Below, piece by piece: positions 10,109 through 19,167 of a stretch of DNA of 64,000 nucleotides. Origin of the DNA: an uncultured delta proteobacterium. Its GTDB lineage: Bacteria; Desulfobacterota; Binatia; Binatales; Binataceae. Numbering within the stretch: position 1 is the stretch's first letter; the number at the start of each line of letters is the position of its first letter. A program made the position numbers and the translations under genes. The stretch lies in assembly GCA_963842085.1 (NCBI GenBank), contig CAWJET010000002.1, positions 1,536,001-1,600,000 of the forward strand, given 5' to 3'. The notes under the pieces were generated by a model. It made no database searches. It was not told the DNA's origin and worked only from the letters and a program-made list of their open reading frames with translations.

Positions 10109-11440
10109 TCAACTCCTCGAGCAGCGCCTTGGCTCTTTCAAGTCGAGGGTGGTCGAAGCCTTCGGTGAAGCTTGCGACAGGAACGTGGGGGTTTTGCGAG
10201 ATCGAGATAGTATCGCGAATGCGCGCATTCCGTCGGTGAAGTATGGATCGCCTGTCAGGTTATGACGTGGTGCCATCGCCGGGGTGGGTTCGACGCCCGG
10301 GACGAAGCCGAGACGGGAGACGCGGCGGGAGGCCAGGAGATCGTCCAACACGTAGTCCCGCGCTTCATCGACGTTGGGATCGATCTGATGAGTCGTCAGG
10401 TTCCAGGTTTTAGGGGTCAAGCGCACGCCGATATCGCGGCTGACCTGGCCGATCCAGACCGGTTGGCCGTCATACCGAATCTTCGTGGTCCACAGCCGCA
10501 GGTGGAGGCGCTGGTTGAGGCTCTCGCGGGCGCGTTGTAGCGCGAAATCCTGCTGGCGTCCGCCGAGATACAGCGGGCTGACCGGGGAGTAGCGGTATTG
10601 CGACTCGAGCAGGAAGGCCTTCGCGGTTTTCCACGAGGTGCCGAGCGTGATCGACTCGGTCTCGTCCCAGCTGCTTCGGCATTCCTGGATGCTGGCGCGG
10701 TCGCCCACAATAACCAGATTGAGCGGGTCACCTTCTACGGTTCCACGCGCGTTACTGGTGCATCGCGGCTGCCATTCCATCCAAGCCTGAAGGGCAGCCT
10801 CGTCGAGTTCTTCGGCGTCAGCGGCCGGTTCCGCTTCCTCTGCCGGACGGCGCAGCGCAAGACCCGGCACCTCGACCGTGAACGTGAAGTCAATGGCGCG
10901 GCTCCGGCCAAGCAACCGTACGTCGATCCGTTTCACGCCTTCGTCCAACCGGGTGAACAGGAACCCAATGACTTTCTTCCCAGGCTCTAACACACCCGTC
11001 GGGAACCCCAACATGCCGAAGAGTTTGTTCATGCGCAGGTTCGCGCGCCGCGCGGACAGGAGCTTGAGCGGCACGAGTGGGAGGAGCGGAAGGAACAGCC
11101 ATCCGAGCACCCCGAACGCTACTAGTCGAGTGCCCATGGCGAAATGCGCGAGGTGAGCGGCCTCCAAAGGGGTGTAGTAGTCGGCGTCTAGTTGGATGCG
11201 ATCCAACCACAAAGGTTCCCGGCCGCCATTCGCTACCTCCAACCAGACCGCCTGCAACCGGTGACGCGCCAGCCGGATCCCAAATACCCGCTCGCTCTCC
11301 TGGTCGCTCGGCACCGCAACAGTGATCTCAACCGCTCCCTCGCCGCGAGTTTGTGCCCGCTCCAGGAACGCGCGCTCCTCGGGATGCGGCGAATAGTCTA
11401 TGGTCAGCCATCTCCGTGGCGAGAACACTCTCTCTGACAT
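10109..11440 (-). CDS. LssY C-terminal domain protein
   Basis: GDPLNLVIVG, RLHLRLW, THQIDPNVDEARDY, NLTGDPYFTDG. Confidence 0.8.
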   Translation of the reverse strand: MSERVFSPRRWLTIDYSPHPEERAFLERAQTRGEGAVEITVAVPSDQESERVFGIRLARHRLQAVWLEVANGGREPLWLDRIQLDADYYTPLEAAHLAHFAMGTRLVAFGVLGWLFLPLLPLVPLKLLSARRANLRMNKLFGMLGFPTGVLEPGKKVIGFLFTRLDEGVKRIDVRLLGRSRAIDFTFTVEVPGLALRRPAEEAEPAADAEELDEAALQAWMEWQPRCTSNARGTVEGDPLNLVIVGDRASIQECRSSWDETESITLGTSWKTAKAFLLESQYRYSPVSPLYLGGRQQDFALQRARESLNQRLHLRLWTTKIRYDGQPVWIGQVSRDIGVRLTPKTWNLTTHQIDPNVDEARDYVLDDLLASRRVSRLGFVPGVEPTPAMAPRHNLTGDPYFTDGMRAFAILSRSRKTPTFLSQASPKASTTLDLKEPRRCSRS

Positions 11441-11523
11441 CTACTCTGTTTTCATCCAAGACGCCCGCAAACGGCAAACCCACTGTAGAGAACGATCAGC
11501 GGCGGATTCCCTGCGAGAACCGA

Positions 11524-11593
11524 CCACGCAGCCAGCGCCTCGAGCAATGCCTTGGCGTGCTTCAGGTCTGCCGCGCCAAGGCCCTCGGTGAAA
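11524..11593 (-). pseudogene. 3' remnant of adenylate cyclase/AAA/TPR-type protein (copy 2)
   Basis: FTEGLGAADLKHAKALLEAL. Confidence 0.6.
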
Positions 11594-11643
11594 GTCTTCT
11601 TCCGACCCTATTCCAACATAGTGGCGCCTTCCGCCGCCGCGGG

Positions 11644-12171
11644 CTAAGGCTTCGACATCAGATCTGCCTTCCCGGTGGCCAGATCTACCGGTACCGAGTT
11701 GTGCTCCTGGACGATCAGCCACTTGCCGTTGCTCTTCCGCAGGCAGTCAGTGGTCCGAACGACCATCTCCGCCTTGGTGCCATTCTTGTCGGTCGCGACC
11801 ATGTGGCTCACGTAATGTGCGAAGGCGAGCTTGCCGTCGGCAGTGATATCGAGGTCACTGATCTCATTGGTGAGCCCGCCGGCAGCGGAGGTCGCAAGGA
11901 AGCCCTCGTAGTCCTTGCGGTAGGCGGCCGCGCCGACGTACTGGCGCGGCGGGATGACGTCGAACACAAACAGATCTTCACCCGGGGCGTAGCACTGGAT
12001 GATCTTGTCGACATCTTTGGCGGCGATCGCCGCGGCCAGTCGCTCTTCCAGCGCCTGGATTTGAGCCTTGTCGGCCGAATCCGCTCCGGCATCAAATGCG
12101 TTACCCAGCATGACGACCGCAAAGGCTACTATCCCCAGGGTAAACAGCTTTATCGCGCGGCTTGAATTCAT
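11644..12171 (-). CDS. secreted SnoaL/NTF2-like protein
   Basis: signal peptide; FDVIPP, RTTDCLRKSNGKWLIVQEHNSVPVD. Confidence 0.85.
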   Translation of the reverse strand: MNSSRAIKLFTLGIVAFAVVMLGNAFDAGADSADKAQIQALEERLAAAIAAKDVDKIIQCYAPGEDLFVFDVIPPRQYVGAAAYRKDYEGFLATSAAGGLTNEISDLDITADGKLAFAHYVSHMVATDKNGTKAEMVVRTTDCLRKSNGKWLIVQEHNSVPVDLATGKADLMSKP

Positions 12172-12370
12172 ACACCTATTCCTTTTTTGGTTCATGCCTA
12201 CCGGTCTCCCTCGCAGGTACGGGACCTTAGCGTTGCATGGGTGTGCAGGCAGTGAACAGTTGATTCCCACTCACGGGGTGCCCGTATCTCTCACGGCGGT
12301 GCGCGGAAGTCAATGCTGCGGGGCGACGGCGATGATTTTATAACGAAACGAGGGGCGGGAATCGTTGGAC

Positions 12371-12520
12371 CTAGCTTCGGTGATCCAATTCGACCAATAA
12401 GGCCTTCGCCTCCTTCAGATCGGCGGTGTCGAAGCCCTCGGTAAACCAGTAGTAGATTTCGGCGAGCATCGCGCGTCGTCGTCGCGGCAGCCGGTATCGC
12501 TCAGCAACCGCGCCACCGGC
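12371..12520 (-). pseudogene. 3' remnant of adenylate cyclase/AAA/TPR-type protein (copy 3)
   Basis: [45 protein letters not shown]. Confidence 0.7.
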
Positions 12521-12671
12521 CTTGCCGACGACCTCTGAGACGTTGTCCCATTTACCGCGCTTTTCGCGGTCGCCACTATCGTCTTCATGAGGCGGTTGAA
12601 ATTCGTCGTGAAATTCATATCGGATGGTGACAGACAGCGCGGAGATCGTTGAGCAGGACCACCATGCTCAA

Positions 12672-12715
12672 TGCTTGGTCGTCTTGCTTGCCGCGGCGAG
12701 CAAGACGACCAAGCA
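12672..12715. terminator. perfect 17-bp inverted repeat downstream of the Ddn-family gene
   Basis: TGCTTGGTCGTCTTGCT-N10-AGCAAGACGACCAAGCA; no U-tract, so the terminator role is uncertain. Confidence 0.5.
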
Positions 12716-12924
12716 CTCGAGAACCTCGCGGCAGCGGAAAGGCTTTCGGATCAGACCGTGGCCAGCTCAACCAGCTGAATGGTACGGCTGGTCCTTTTCT
12801 GGTACTCCGCGTATGCGGGGTACATGGCAACCAGCCTTGGCCACATCTCTTGTCTTTCTTCAGGTGCGAGGGTGCGGGCGCGGTAGGCGCCGCGCACCCA
12901 CCGTCGCTCTACTGTCACCTCGGG
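12716..12924 (+). repeat. 209-bp direct repeat copy A (3' half of the Ddn gene plus downstream flank)
   Basis: ungapped match to 20436-20644, about 15 mismatches by manual count. Confidence 0.9.
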
Positions 12925-13176
12925 ATTCGCCACCAGGTTCAAATACCAATCAGGGGCCTTGTCGCTGCCGCCGAATGACGCCACCACATAGAGCTTGCCG
13001 TCGCGTTCCAGGTACAGCAGCGGCTTGGAGATCTCGCGCCCGCTCTTGCGCCCGTGCACCGTGAGCACCAAGGTATTCCAGTTCAGAGGCGACCATCCGT
13101 CGACTAATCGATAGAACGCCACATGCATGCTGCTGAACCATCGCGCGAACGTAAGCGTCATCGGATCTGTCTTCAT
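12751..13176 (-). CDS. deazaflavin (F420)-dependent nitroreductase family protein
   Basis: LTVHGRKSG, VASFGG...PDWYLNLVANPEV, YAEYQKRTSRTI. Confidence 0.9.
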   Translation of the reverse strand: MKTDPMTLTFARWFSSMHVAFYRLVDGWSPLNWNTLVLTVHGRKSGREISKPLLYLERDGKLYVVASFGGSDKAPDWYLNLVANPEVTVERRWVRGAYRARTLAPEERQEMWPRLVAMYPAYAEYQKRTSRTIQLVELATV

Positions 13177-13336
13177 GCTCGCACCTTCCGAGTGCAGGCC
13201 ACGGAGGACTTTGCTTGCCGACTAAAGGCTAAATCCGCGTCCCGCTTGCCGCAATAACGCGCTCCTTTCCGCTCAGGCGATTAGACGACGTGATCGCCTC
13301 TCACTGAACTTGCCAATGCAGTCGTCTGGCGCCGAG

Positions 13337-13864
13337 TTACTTCTTCGGCGCGATATCGATTTGCTCGTCGAGGCCCATCCCTTTAATCGATGCCTCGAAG
13401 CGCTCCTGCATGCGCGCGTCATCGTCGTTGAGCTCGCGCGTGTAGCAACAATACTCGAGCTGCATGCCATTGGGATCCTTGAAGTAGATGGATTTCGCCC
13501 AGTCGTGATCGACGATTTCGCTGACCTTGACGCCCTTGGCGAGCAACTCTTCACGTTTCTGTTCGAGCCCCGGCAGGCTGCCGGTTTCGAACGCGAAATG
13601 ATAGAAGGCGCTCGGCACGCCGAGGCCGCGATTGATGCCCGCATCGTATTCGGCGGGAACGCCGGGGACGCCGCGCGCTTCCATGAAGGCGAGCAACTGA
13701 TCGCGTCCGGTATCGAAAAAGATGTGGCGAATCTTGCCGCCCTCCTTCACCGCGATAGTGTCGCAGCGCACCGGCTTGAAGCCGAGCACGCCCTCGTAGA
13801 ACTCGCGAGTCTTGTCGAGGTCCAGCGTCGAGAGTCCGATGTGAGAGAATCCCTTATGCGCCAT
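13337..13864 (-). CDS. VOC/glyoxalase family protein
   Basis: SHIGL..LDLDKTREFY, YHFAF, SIYFKDPNGMQLE; GGAGG RBS. Confidence 0.9.
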   Translation of the reverse strand: MAHKGFSHIGLSTLDLDKTREFYEGVLGFKPVRCDTIAVKEGGKIRHIFFDTGRDQLLAFMEARGVPGVPAEYDAGINRGLGVPSAFYHFAFETGSLPGLEQKREELLAKGVKVSEIVDHDWAKSIYFKDPNGMQLEYCCYTRELNDDDARMQERFEASIKGMGLDEQIDIAPKK

Positions 13865-14101
13865 TAGCAACTGGCCTCCTCACAGGATTTGCCCAGCTTG
13901 TAACATTTGTGCATTCGTTTAGTCGAGGCCGTCTGCGCGATGGCCACGCAACAGGGAATTCGCAGGGTGGAGCAGGGAAATTCATTCGGCGGGCGGCGCG
14001 GTGCGAAACTCTTGTGTTTTCGGCGTCGATGGAGTTTTCAGGAGGCATAGGTTCAACGTTCATTATGATCGTCTATGATGGAAACCGCCGGGAAATAGCC
14101 T

Positions 14102-15247
14102 ATGACAGGCGAAACGCGATTTGAAATGAGCGCAAGGATGACGCCGCTGGAACGCGTACACATTGGTCTGATTGGTTGCGGGCGCATCGCCAGCCTGCAG
14201 GTCCTGGGCTATCGCGATCACTCGCGCGCGGAACTGACCGCAATCTGTGACAACGACGAAGCGCTGCTAGGTCAGCGACAGCAGGAGTGGCAACCAAAGA
14301 AGACGTATCGTGACTATCACCAGCTTCTCGCTGACCCCGACGTGAACGCCGTGGAGATCCTGACACCACACCACTTGCATCGGGAGGTCGCCATCGCCGC
14401 GTTGCAAGCAGGCAAGCATGTGTCGTTGCAGAAGCCGCCGGCGTTGACGCTCCGCGAACTCGACGACGTGAATGAAGCGGCGAAAGGTGCGGGACGCCGG
14501 CTGCGTGTCTTCGAGCACTTCATGTACTATCCGCCGCACGTCAAGGCGCGCGCGCTGGTCCAGGAAGGCGCAATCGGTGAGCCCATCTCGGTGCGTATCA
14601 AGACGGCGGCCGGACGTTTCGATGACGGCTGGCGGGTGCCGGCAACGTCGCTAGCGTGGCGGATGAATCCGGAAACCTGCGGTGGCGGCCCAACCTGTTT
14701 CGACCATGGCTACCATTGCTACAACATGGCGCGCTTCTTCGTCGCCGAGCCGGTCGAACGCGTGCACGCGTGGATTCACGTCAACCGGTTTGGGTCGGAC
14801 GCTTTCTACGACGGGCCCGCTTTGATCACTTGGAAGTACGCCGGCGTACCCAAGTTCGGCAGCTGGGAAGTCATCGCGTCGGTGGGCATGCGGGTACGCT
14901 CGAAGTACTACGCCAGTGACGACCGCATCGAAATCCACGGGACCGAGGGCATCATCTGGATTAACCGCTGTACCGGTTCTCTGCTCGACGAGCCTGCGCT
15001 GGTCCTGTATCGGGACGGCGAGACGCGCGCCTGGCACGACATTCCAAACGACTGGTCGGAAAGTTTTCGCCTCGGCGTGCATGATTTCATCGACGCGTTG
15101 ATTGAAGGCCGCCAACCGCCACAGGATGCCGACGATGCAGCGGCAACGCTCGGCTTCGCCATCGCCGCCCACGTCTCGGCCTGCGAGCACCGCGAAGTGT
15201 GTCTCGACGAGATCGGGCCGGACACCAGAGCACGACTCCCGATCTGA
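14102..15247 (+). CDS. Gfo/Idh/MocA family oxidoreductase
   Basis: GLIGCGRIA, TPHHLH, GKHVSLQKP. Confidence 0.9.
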   Translation: MTGETRFEMSARMTPLERVHIGLIGCGRIASLQVLGYRDHSRAELTAICDNDEALLGQRQQEWQPKKTYRDYHQLLADPDVNAVEILTPHHLHREVAIAALQAGKHVSLQKPPALTLRELDDVNEAAKGAGRRLRVFEHFMYYPPHVKARALVQEGAIGEPISVRIKTAAGRFDDGWRVPATSLAWRMNPETCGGGPTCFDHGYHCYNMARFFVAEPVERVHAWIHVNRFGSDAFYDGPALITWKYAGVPKFGSWEVIASVGMRVRSKYYASDDRIEIHGTEGIIWINRCTGSLLDEPALVLYRDGETRAWHDIPNDWSESFRLGVHDFIDALIEGRQPPQDADDAAATLGFAIAAHVSACEHREVCLDEIGPDTRARLPI

Positions 15248-15421
15248 CTTGCTCTCAGTCCCGAAAACTGATCCCCAATCGGTTCCTGAAGCGAAGAACG
15301 CGCGAACGTGATCCGCATAGTCACGCGATCTCCGTTGTGTGGTCCCTTGGAGGCTAAAGATCTTCCCATGCAGAACTTAGCATGCAGGCGCGCCGTTGGC
15401 CCCAGGCGTTTGGCCCCCGCG

Positions 15422-16927
15422 TTATGCGGCCTCGGGATGCGCTCCCGGTTCGACGGCGACTGCGGCAGGTCCGAGATGCTTCTTCGCCGCCAGCGCGAGC
15501 TCCTCGAATGCCTGACCGACGTAGAACTTCATCGTTTCGATATCGGGCATCATGTCCGACGCGGCCATCATCGACAAATAGAGACCCCGATTGTAGGAAG
15601 CGATCACGACGCCGTAGCTGAGATTTCCGCCTAGCGGGATCATTCCGACGTAGTCGAGCATTCGATGACCGGCCAAATAAACCGGGATGCGCGGTCCGGC
15701 GACGTTGGTAGCGATAAAGTTGATGGCTGCGACGCGCGGCGCCAGCATCCGCACGATGTTCGGTGCGCGAGTGGCGAACCGCGCGGCGGCATCGATGGCG
15801 CGGGTTGCGATGTTAGAGACGAGCCCCATAGCAGCAGGCTGAACCAGGTCGGCGGCCGTCATCAGAAGATCCGCACCCTGCGCTTCTTTCGACGCCTTGA
15901 TGCGTCGGGTCTCACTGCAGATCGATTTAAGCCGCGCGACGGGGTCCATTGGCCGGGCGCTCGTCTCGGGGACCATCATCGAGACGCGATTGCCGAGGGT
16001 GCCCATCTCGTCCTCGCTGCGAACGCTGACCGGGCATCCGATGCGCAACCGGACGCGGCGCGTGTCGCGCTTGTGATGGCGCAAGTAGCGGGCAGCGCCT
16101 TCGGCAAGTGCTGCGAGCGCCACGTCGTTCACGGTGCCGCCGACCGCAGTGCGAATCGAGCGCACATCGTCGAGTGGAAAGCGCAGCCACGCCATCGAAC
16201 GAGACCGCGTCACGATTCCTTCGTTCCACGGTGCGAGGATCGTCGGCCGAAGCATCGTGCCGATCGCGCCACGGATCGCGCTGGACGCCAATGGGATCAT
16301 GGCACGAGCGCTCGAAGGCCTCAGGATACGGCGTAACGCCTTGCGCTGCATCGATGCGAGATCGTACGCCGCTTCGATGAGCCGCTTGGTGGCATTGGGC
16401 AATGGCTTCGGTTCAGGAAGTTCAACCTGCGCAGGCGCCGGCGCATCGCGACGCGAATCCAGCATCGTGTTCAATGTCTCTGCCCACGAAACGCCATCAA
16501 CGATGCAATGATGGATTCGCCACAGCACTGCCGAGCGTTCCCCTTCCAGTCCGGTGAACAGATGCATCTCCCACAGCGGGCGCCCTCGATCCATCGGCGG
16601 TTCGAAGATACGAAGCGCCGCGGCATGCAGCGCGGCCTCGTTGCTGTCGTTGGAAAGCGCCTGATGAAAAAGATGATTGTCGATTTTGAAATCCGGATCG
16701 TCGTCGATTTCGGGATGCGCGAGGTGCAGCGGCGCAAACACCAGGCGCTGGAGGAAGCGCGGGAGCAGCGGGAGTCGGCGCTCCATGTATTCGCGCAGGT
16801 CTGCGAAATCGATCGAACCTTCGAATGTCGCGAGTCCTGAAAAATGGAGCGGCGCAGCTTCGGATTCGCCGTACAGAAACGACGCATCCTGCGTAGTCAG
16901 TCGGTGCGAAAGTTTTGCGGGTTGCAT
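15422..16927 (-). CDS. wax ester synthase/diacylglycerol acyltransferase (WS/DGAT)
   Basis: PLWEMH, catalytic HHCIVDG, GTVNDV, TNVAGP. Confidence 0.92.
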   Translation of the reverse strand: MQPAKLSHRLTTQDASFLYGESEAAPLHFSGLATFEGSIDFADLREYMERRLPLLPRFLQRLVFAPLHLAHPEIDDDPDFKIDNHLFHQALSNDSNEAALHAAALRIFEPPMDRGRPLWEMHLFTGLEGERSAVLWRIHHCIVDGVSWAETLNTMLDSRRDAPAPAQVELPEPKPLPNATKRLIEAAYDLASMQRKALRRILRPSSARAMIPLASSAIRGAIGTMLRPTILAPWNEGIVTRSRSMAWLRFPLDDVRSIRTAVGGTVNDVALAALAEGAARYLRHHKRDTRRVRLRIGCPVSVRSEDEMGTLGNRVSMMVPETSARPMDPVARLKSICSETRRIKASKEAQGADLLMTAADLVQPAAMGLVSNIATRAIDAAARFATRAPNIVRMLAPRVAAINFIATNVAGPRIPVYLAGHRMLDYVGMIPLGGNLSYGVVIASYNRGLYLSMMAASDMMPDIETMKFYVGQAFEELALAAKKHLGPAAVAVEPGAHPEAA

Positions 16928-16972
16928 AAAATGCCTCTATGCGGATTGCCGATAGTCGTTCCCGTCATCGTG

Positions 16973-18034
16973 TCAGTCGTGCTCTGAGAGCCATCGGCTA
17001 ATTTCAGGCCACAGTTTCTGCAGCGCTGGTCCGCTGACAGCCGCGCCAATATGTCCTGTCGGAAACGTCAGATTGCGCCGGTCTTGCGAACTGACGAAGT
17101 CGGGCAGCGGCAGGCTCGCCTTAGGGTGGACCACGTCATCAAGTTCCGCCACCACGTTCAGCAACGGGCACTCGATGCTCTTCACGTCGGCATGGCGGCC
17201 GCCAACGATCATCTGGTTGCGATAGAGCTTGTTCTCGCGCCCGAGACTGGTGACCTCGCGAAAAATTTGTCCAGCGAGCGGAACGTCGCTGGTCATCCAG
17301 CGCTCGAACAACTCGAACATCTCTCCGTAGCCGGGCCGCGCTGCGTTCCGATAGCGCCCGACGTACTTGTCGAGCAGATGATGGATGGGCGATATCGCGA
17401 GGAAGCCCGAATTGATCATCGACGCAGGCACGTTGCCGTGGATTGCGACCAGCGTCTCGGCCGCATCGACGCTCATCCAGTCCATCATATGCGTCATCGG
17501 CAACTCTCTGACGCTCATGTCGAACGGAATCGTGAGCGTGACAAGGTTCTTCACCTCGTCTCTATGGAGCGCCGTATAGATCAGTGCGAGCAACGCGCCG
17601 AAGCAATAGCCGAGCACGGAAATCTGGCCGTCTCCGTGATGCATCCGGACCGCGCGAGCGGCGTTGGCGACGTCGCGATTGGCGTAGGCATCGAATCCGC
17701 GCCAGGAATCTTCCGGACCCGGAGGAATCCAGTCGATCAGGTAAAGGTCAAATCCCTGATTGACCAGAACCTCGATAACGCTGCGCCCGGGCTGCAGATC
17801 GAGGATGAAGGGGCGCTTGATGAGCGCATAGACCAGCAGCAGCGGCGTGTGATGTCGCACGATCCCGCGTGCCGCGTAATACCGAAGCTTCACCATCCCG
17901 CCCTCATAGATGACGGTTGAGGGTGTCGCAGGCGGCGGATCATTCTCGGGAGCGCCAAAGCCACTGCGGTAGGCGTCGAGCGCGTGAATTGCCCCGTCGG
18001 CAATATATCCGGTTACTTCGCTAATGAGAGACAT
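16973..18034 (-). CDS. phaC: class III/IV-type PHA synthase subunit
   Basis: PLLLVYALIKRPFILDLQPGRS, GYCFG lipase box, DDVV, GHIG; 353 aa. Confidence 0.85.
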   Translation of the reverse strand: MSLISEVTGYIADGAIHALDAYRSGFGAPENDPPPATPSTVIYEGGMVKLRYYAARGIVRHHTPLLLVYALIKRPFILDLQPGRSVIEVLVNQGFDLYLIDWIPPGPEDSWRGFDAYANRDVANAARAVRMHHGDGQISVLGYCFGALLALIYTALHRDEVKNLVTLTIPFDMSVRELPMTHMMDWMSVDAAETLVAIHGNVPASMINSGFLAISPIHHLLDKYVGRYRNAARPGYGEMFELFERWMTSDVPLAGQIFREVTSLGRENKLYRNQMIVGGRHADVKSIECPLLNVVAELDDVVHPKASLPLPDFVSSQDRRNLTFPTGHIGAAVSGPALQKLWPEISRWLSEHD

Positions 18035-18539
18035 AGCGCTTCACCTCGGCGCCGACTGGTTCGATCGTCGGGGACAAGCGGGCCATTTGTCCCGCAGCAT
18101 TGGCGCGCGGCCACACTCGGTCGAATCTCGCGTCGTGGCTCGCCTCGATTCCGAAGGTGCCCTGCTGGGCTTGTTCGCGGATCGAATCGATCTTGTCGGC
18201 AAGGCGACGTATCTCCGATGCGGTCGCCAGCCCGACCGCGGGCCACAACGCCGAGAAGAGCGCGCCGGACACGGCATCCGCAAGCCGTTGAAATTTCAGG
18301 GAAACGTCGATCGCGCGGCCTGCCACACGACCAACTCGCGGGCTGGTGTACACGCGATTGGTCAGATCGGTGGCGATCGCGACGCCTGCGTCATAGGCCT
18401 TCCATCCCGCCGCCCACAGCTCCTTATCAGAGCCGGGACTGTTGAATAGCCGTGGGATCGCCAACAGCGGCAGGTCGATCAGCGTGGCGGCGGCGAGGTC
18501 ACGGACGGCATCGACGAGCTCGGAATTCTTTTGTGCCAT
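18021..18539 (-). CDS. hypothetical helical protein, possible PhaE/PhaR-like partner
   Basis: GGAGG RBS; overlaps phaC start; GLATASEIRRLADKID resembles PHA-associated tails. Confidence 0.55.
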   Translation of the reverse strand: MAQKNSELVDAVRDLAAATLIDLPLLAIPRLFNSPGSDKELWAAGWKAYDAGVAIATDLTNRVYTSPRVGRVAGRAIDVSLKFQRLADAVSGALFSALWPAVGLATASEIRRLADKIDSIREQAQQGTFGIEASHDARFDRVWPRANAAGQMARLSPTIEPVGAEVKRYVSH

Positions 18540-18696
18540 CGCAACACCTCCTGTGCAGGCGAACTCTCTCACCCTGCGGACTTGACGAAGTTCAGAAAAC
18601 GCAACCCATGCCGTCGTTGATGCGGTGGAGTCGGTGCGCGGCGGCATCCACGGATGCTCATTTAGTCACCTGACGCGAACAGTTGCCGGGATGGCA

Positions 18697-18712
18697 CGCA
18701 AGTAGGGTGCCA
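18697..18712 (-). promoter_or_regulatory. sigma-54 (-24/-12) promoter of the storage-lipid operon
   Basis: minus strand TGGCACCCTACTTGCG, near-consensus GG-N10-GC. Confidence 0.65.
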
Positions 18713-18782
18713 GTTGGCTATGTAGAGTAAACGCGAAGTCTTGCGATCGAGAGTGTAGCGGAAAGTCTCAATTGCTTGTGAG

Positions 18783-18960
18783 ATGGCGCCAACGGCGGCA
18801 TCCGAAGCGGTTCACGAAGAGCCAATCGGGCGGTTGGTCGCGTGGGGAGAGCCGAGGAGCGACCTCCGCGCGCTTGCCGCCGTCGGATCGCGTGCCCAGA
18901 AAGAGGCGAGTGTCGTCGACTGGTCCCGACCTCGACGTCCTAATCGTCACGACCAAGTCG
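18783..18960 (+). pseudogene. nucleotidyltransferase (AadK-like) N-terminal remnant
   Basis: LVAWG..RSDLRALAAVGSRA...DWS/DLDVLIVT (GS...DxD) with a frameshift. Confidence 0.5.
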
Positions 18961-19167
18961 GGGCGGGGTATCAGATCCAAAGTCCGAGTCTCAAAGAACG
19001 GAAAACAATCGGGCGGGAACCCGGTTCCACCGTTGTCCCTTTTCAAACCTTGATACTTGCGGATTCATTTGTGGCTTCGAGCGACTGGCGATAGCCTGCC
19101 TTGACGAAAAGTCTAGAGCTTAGGGAGCTTTCGGAGTTTTGGTAACCACCGCTATCCGCGACGCACA

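Noticed and set aside
18965-19120. Possible IS end remnant after the nucleotidyltransferase stub
   Set aside because: No matching inverted repeat, TSD or transposase fragment identified
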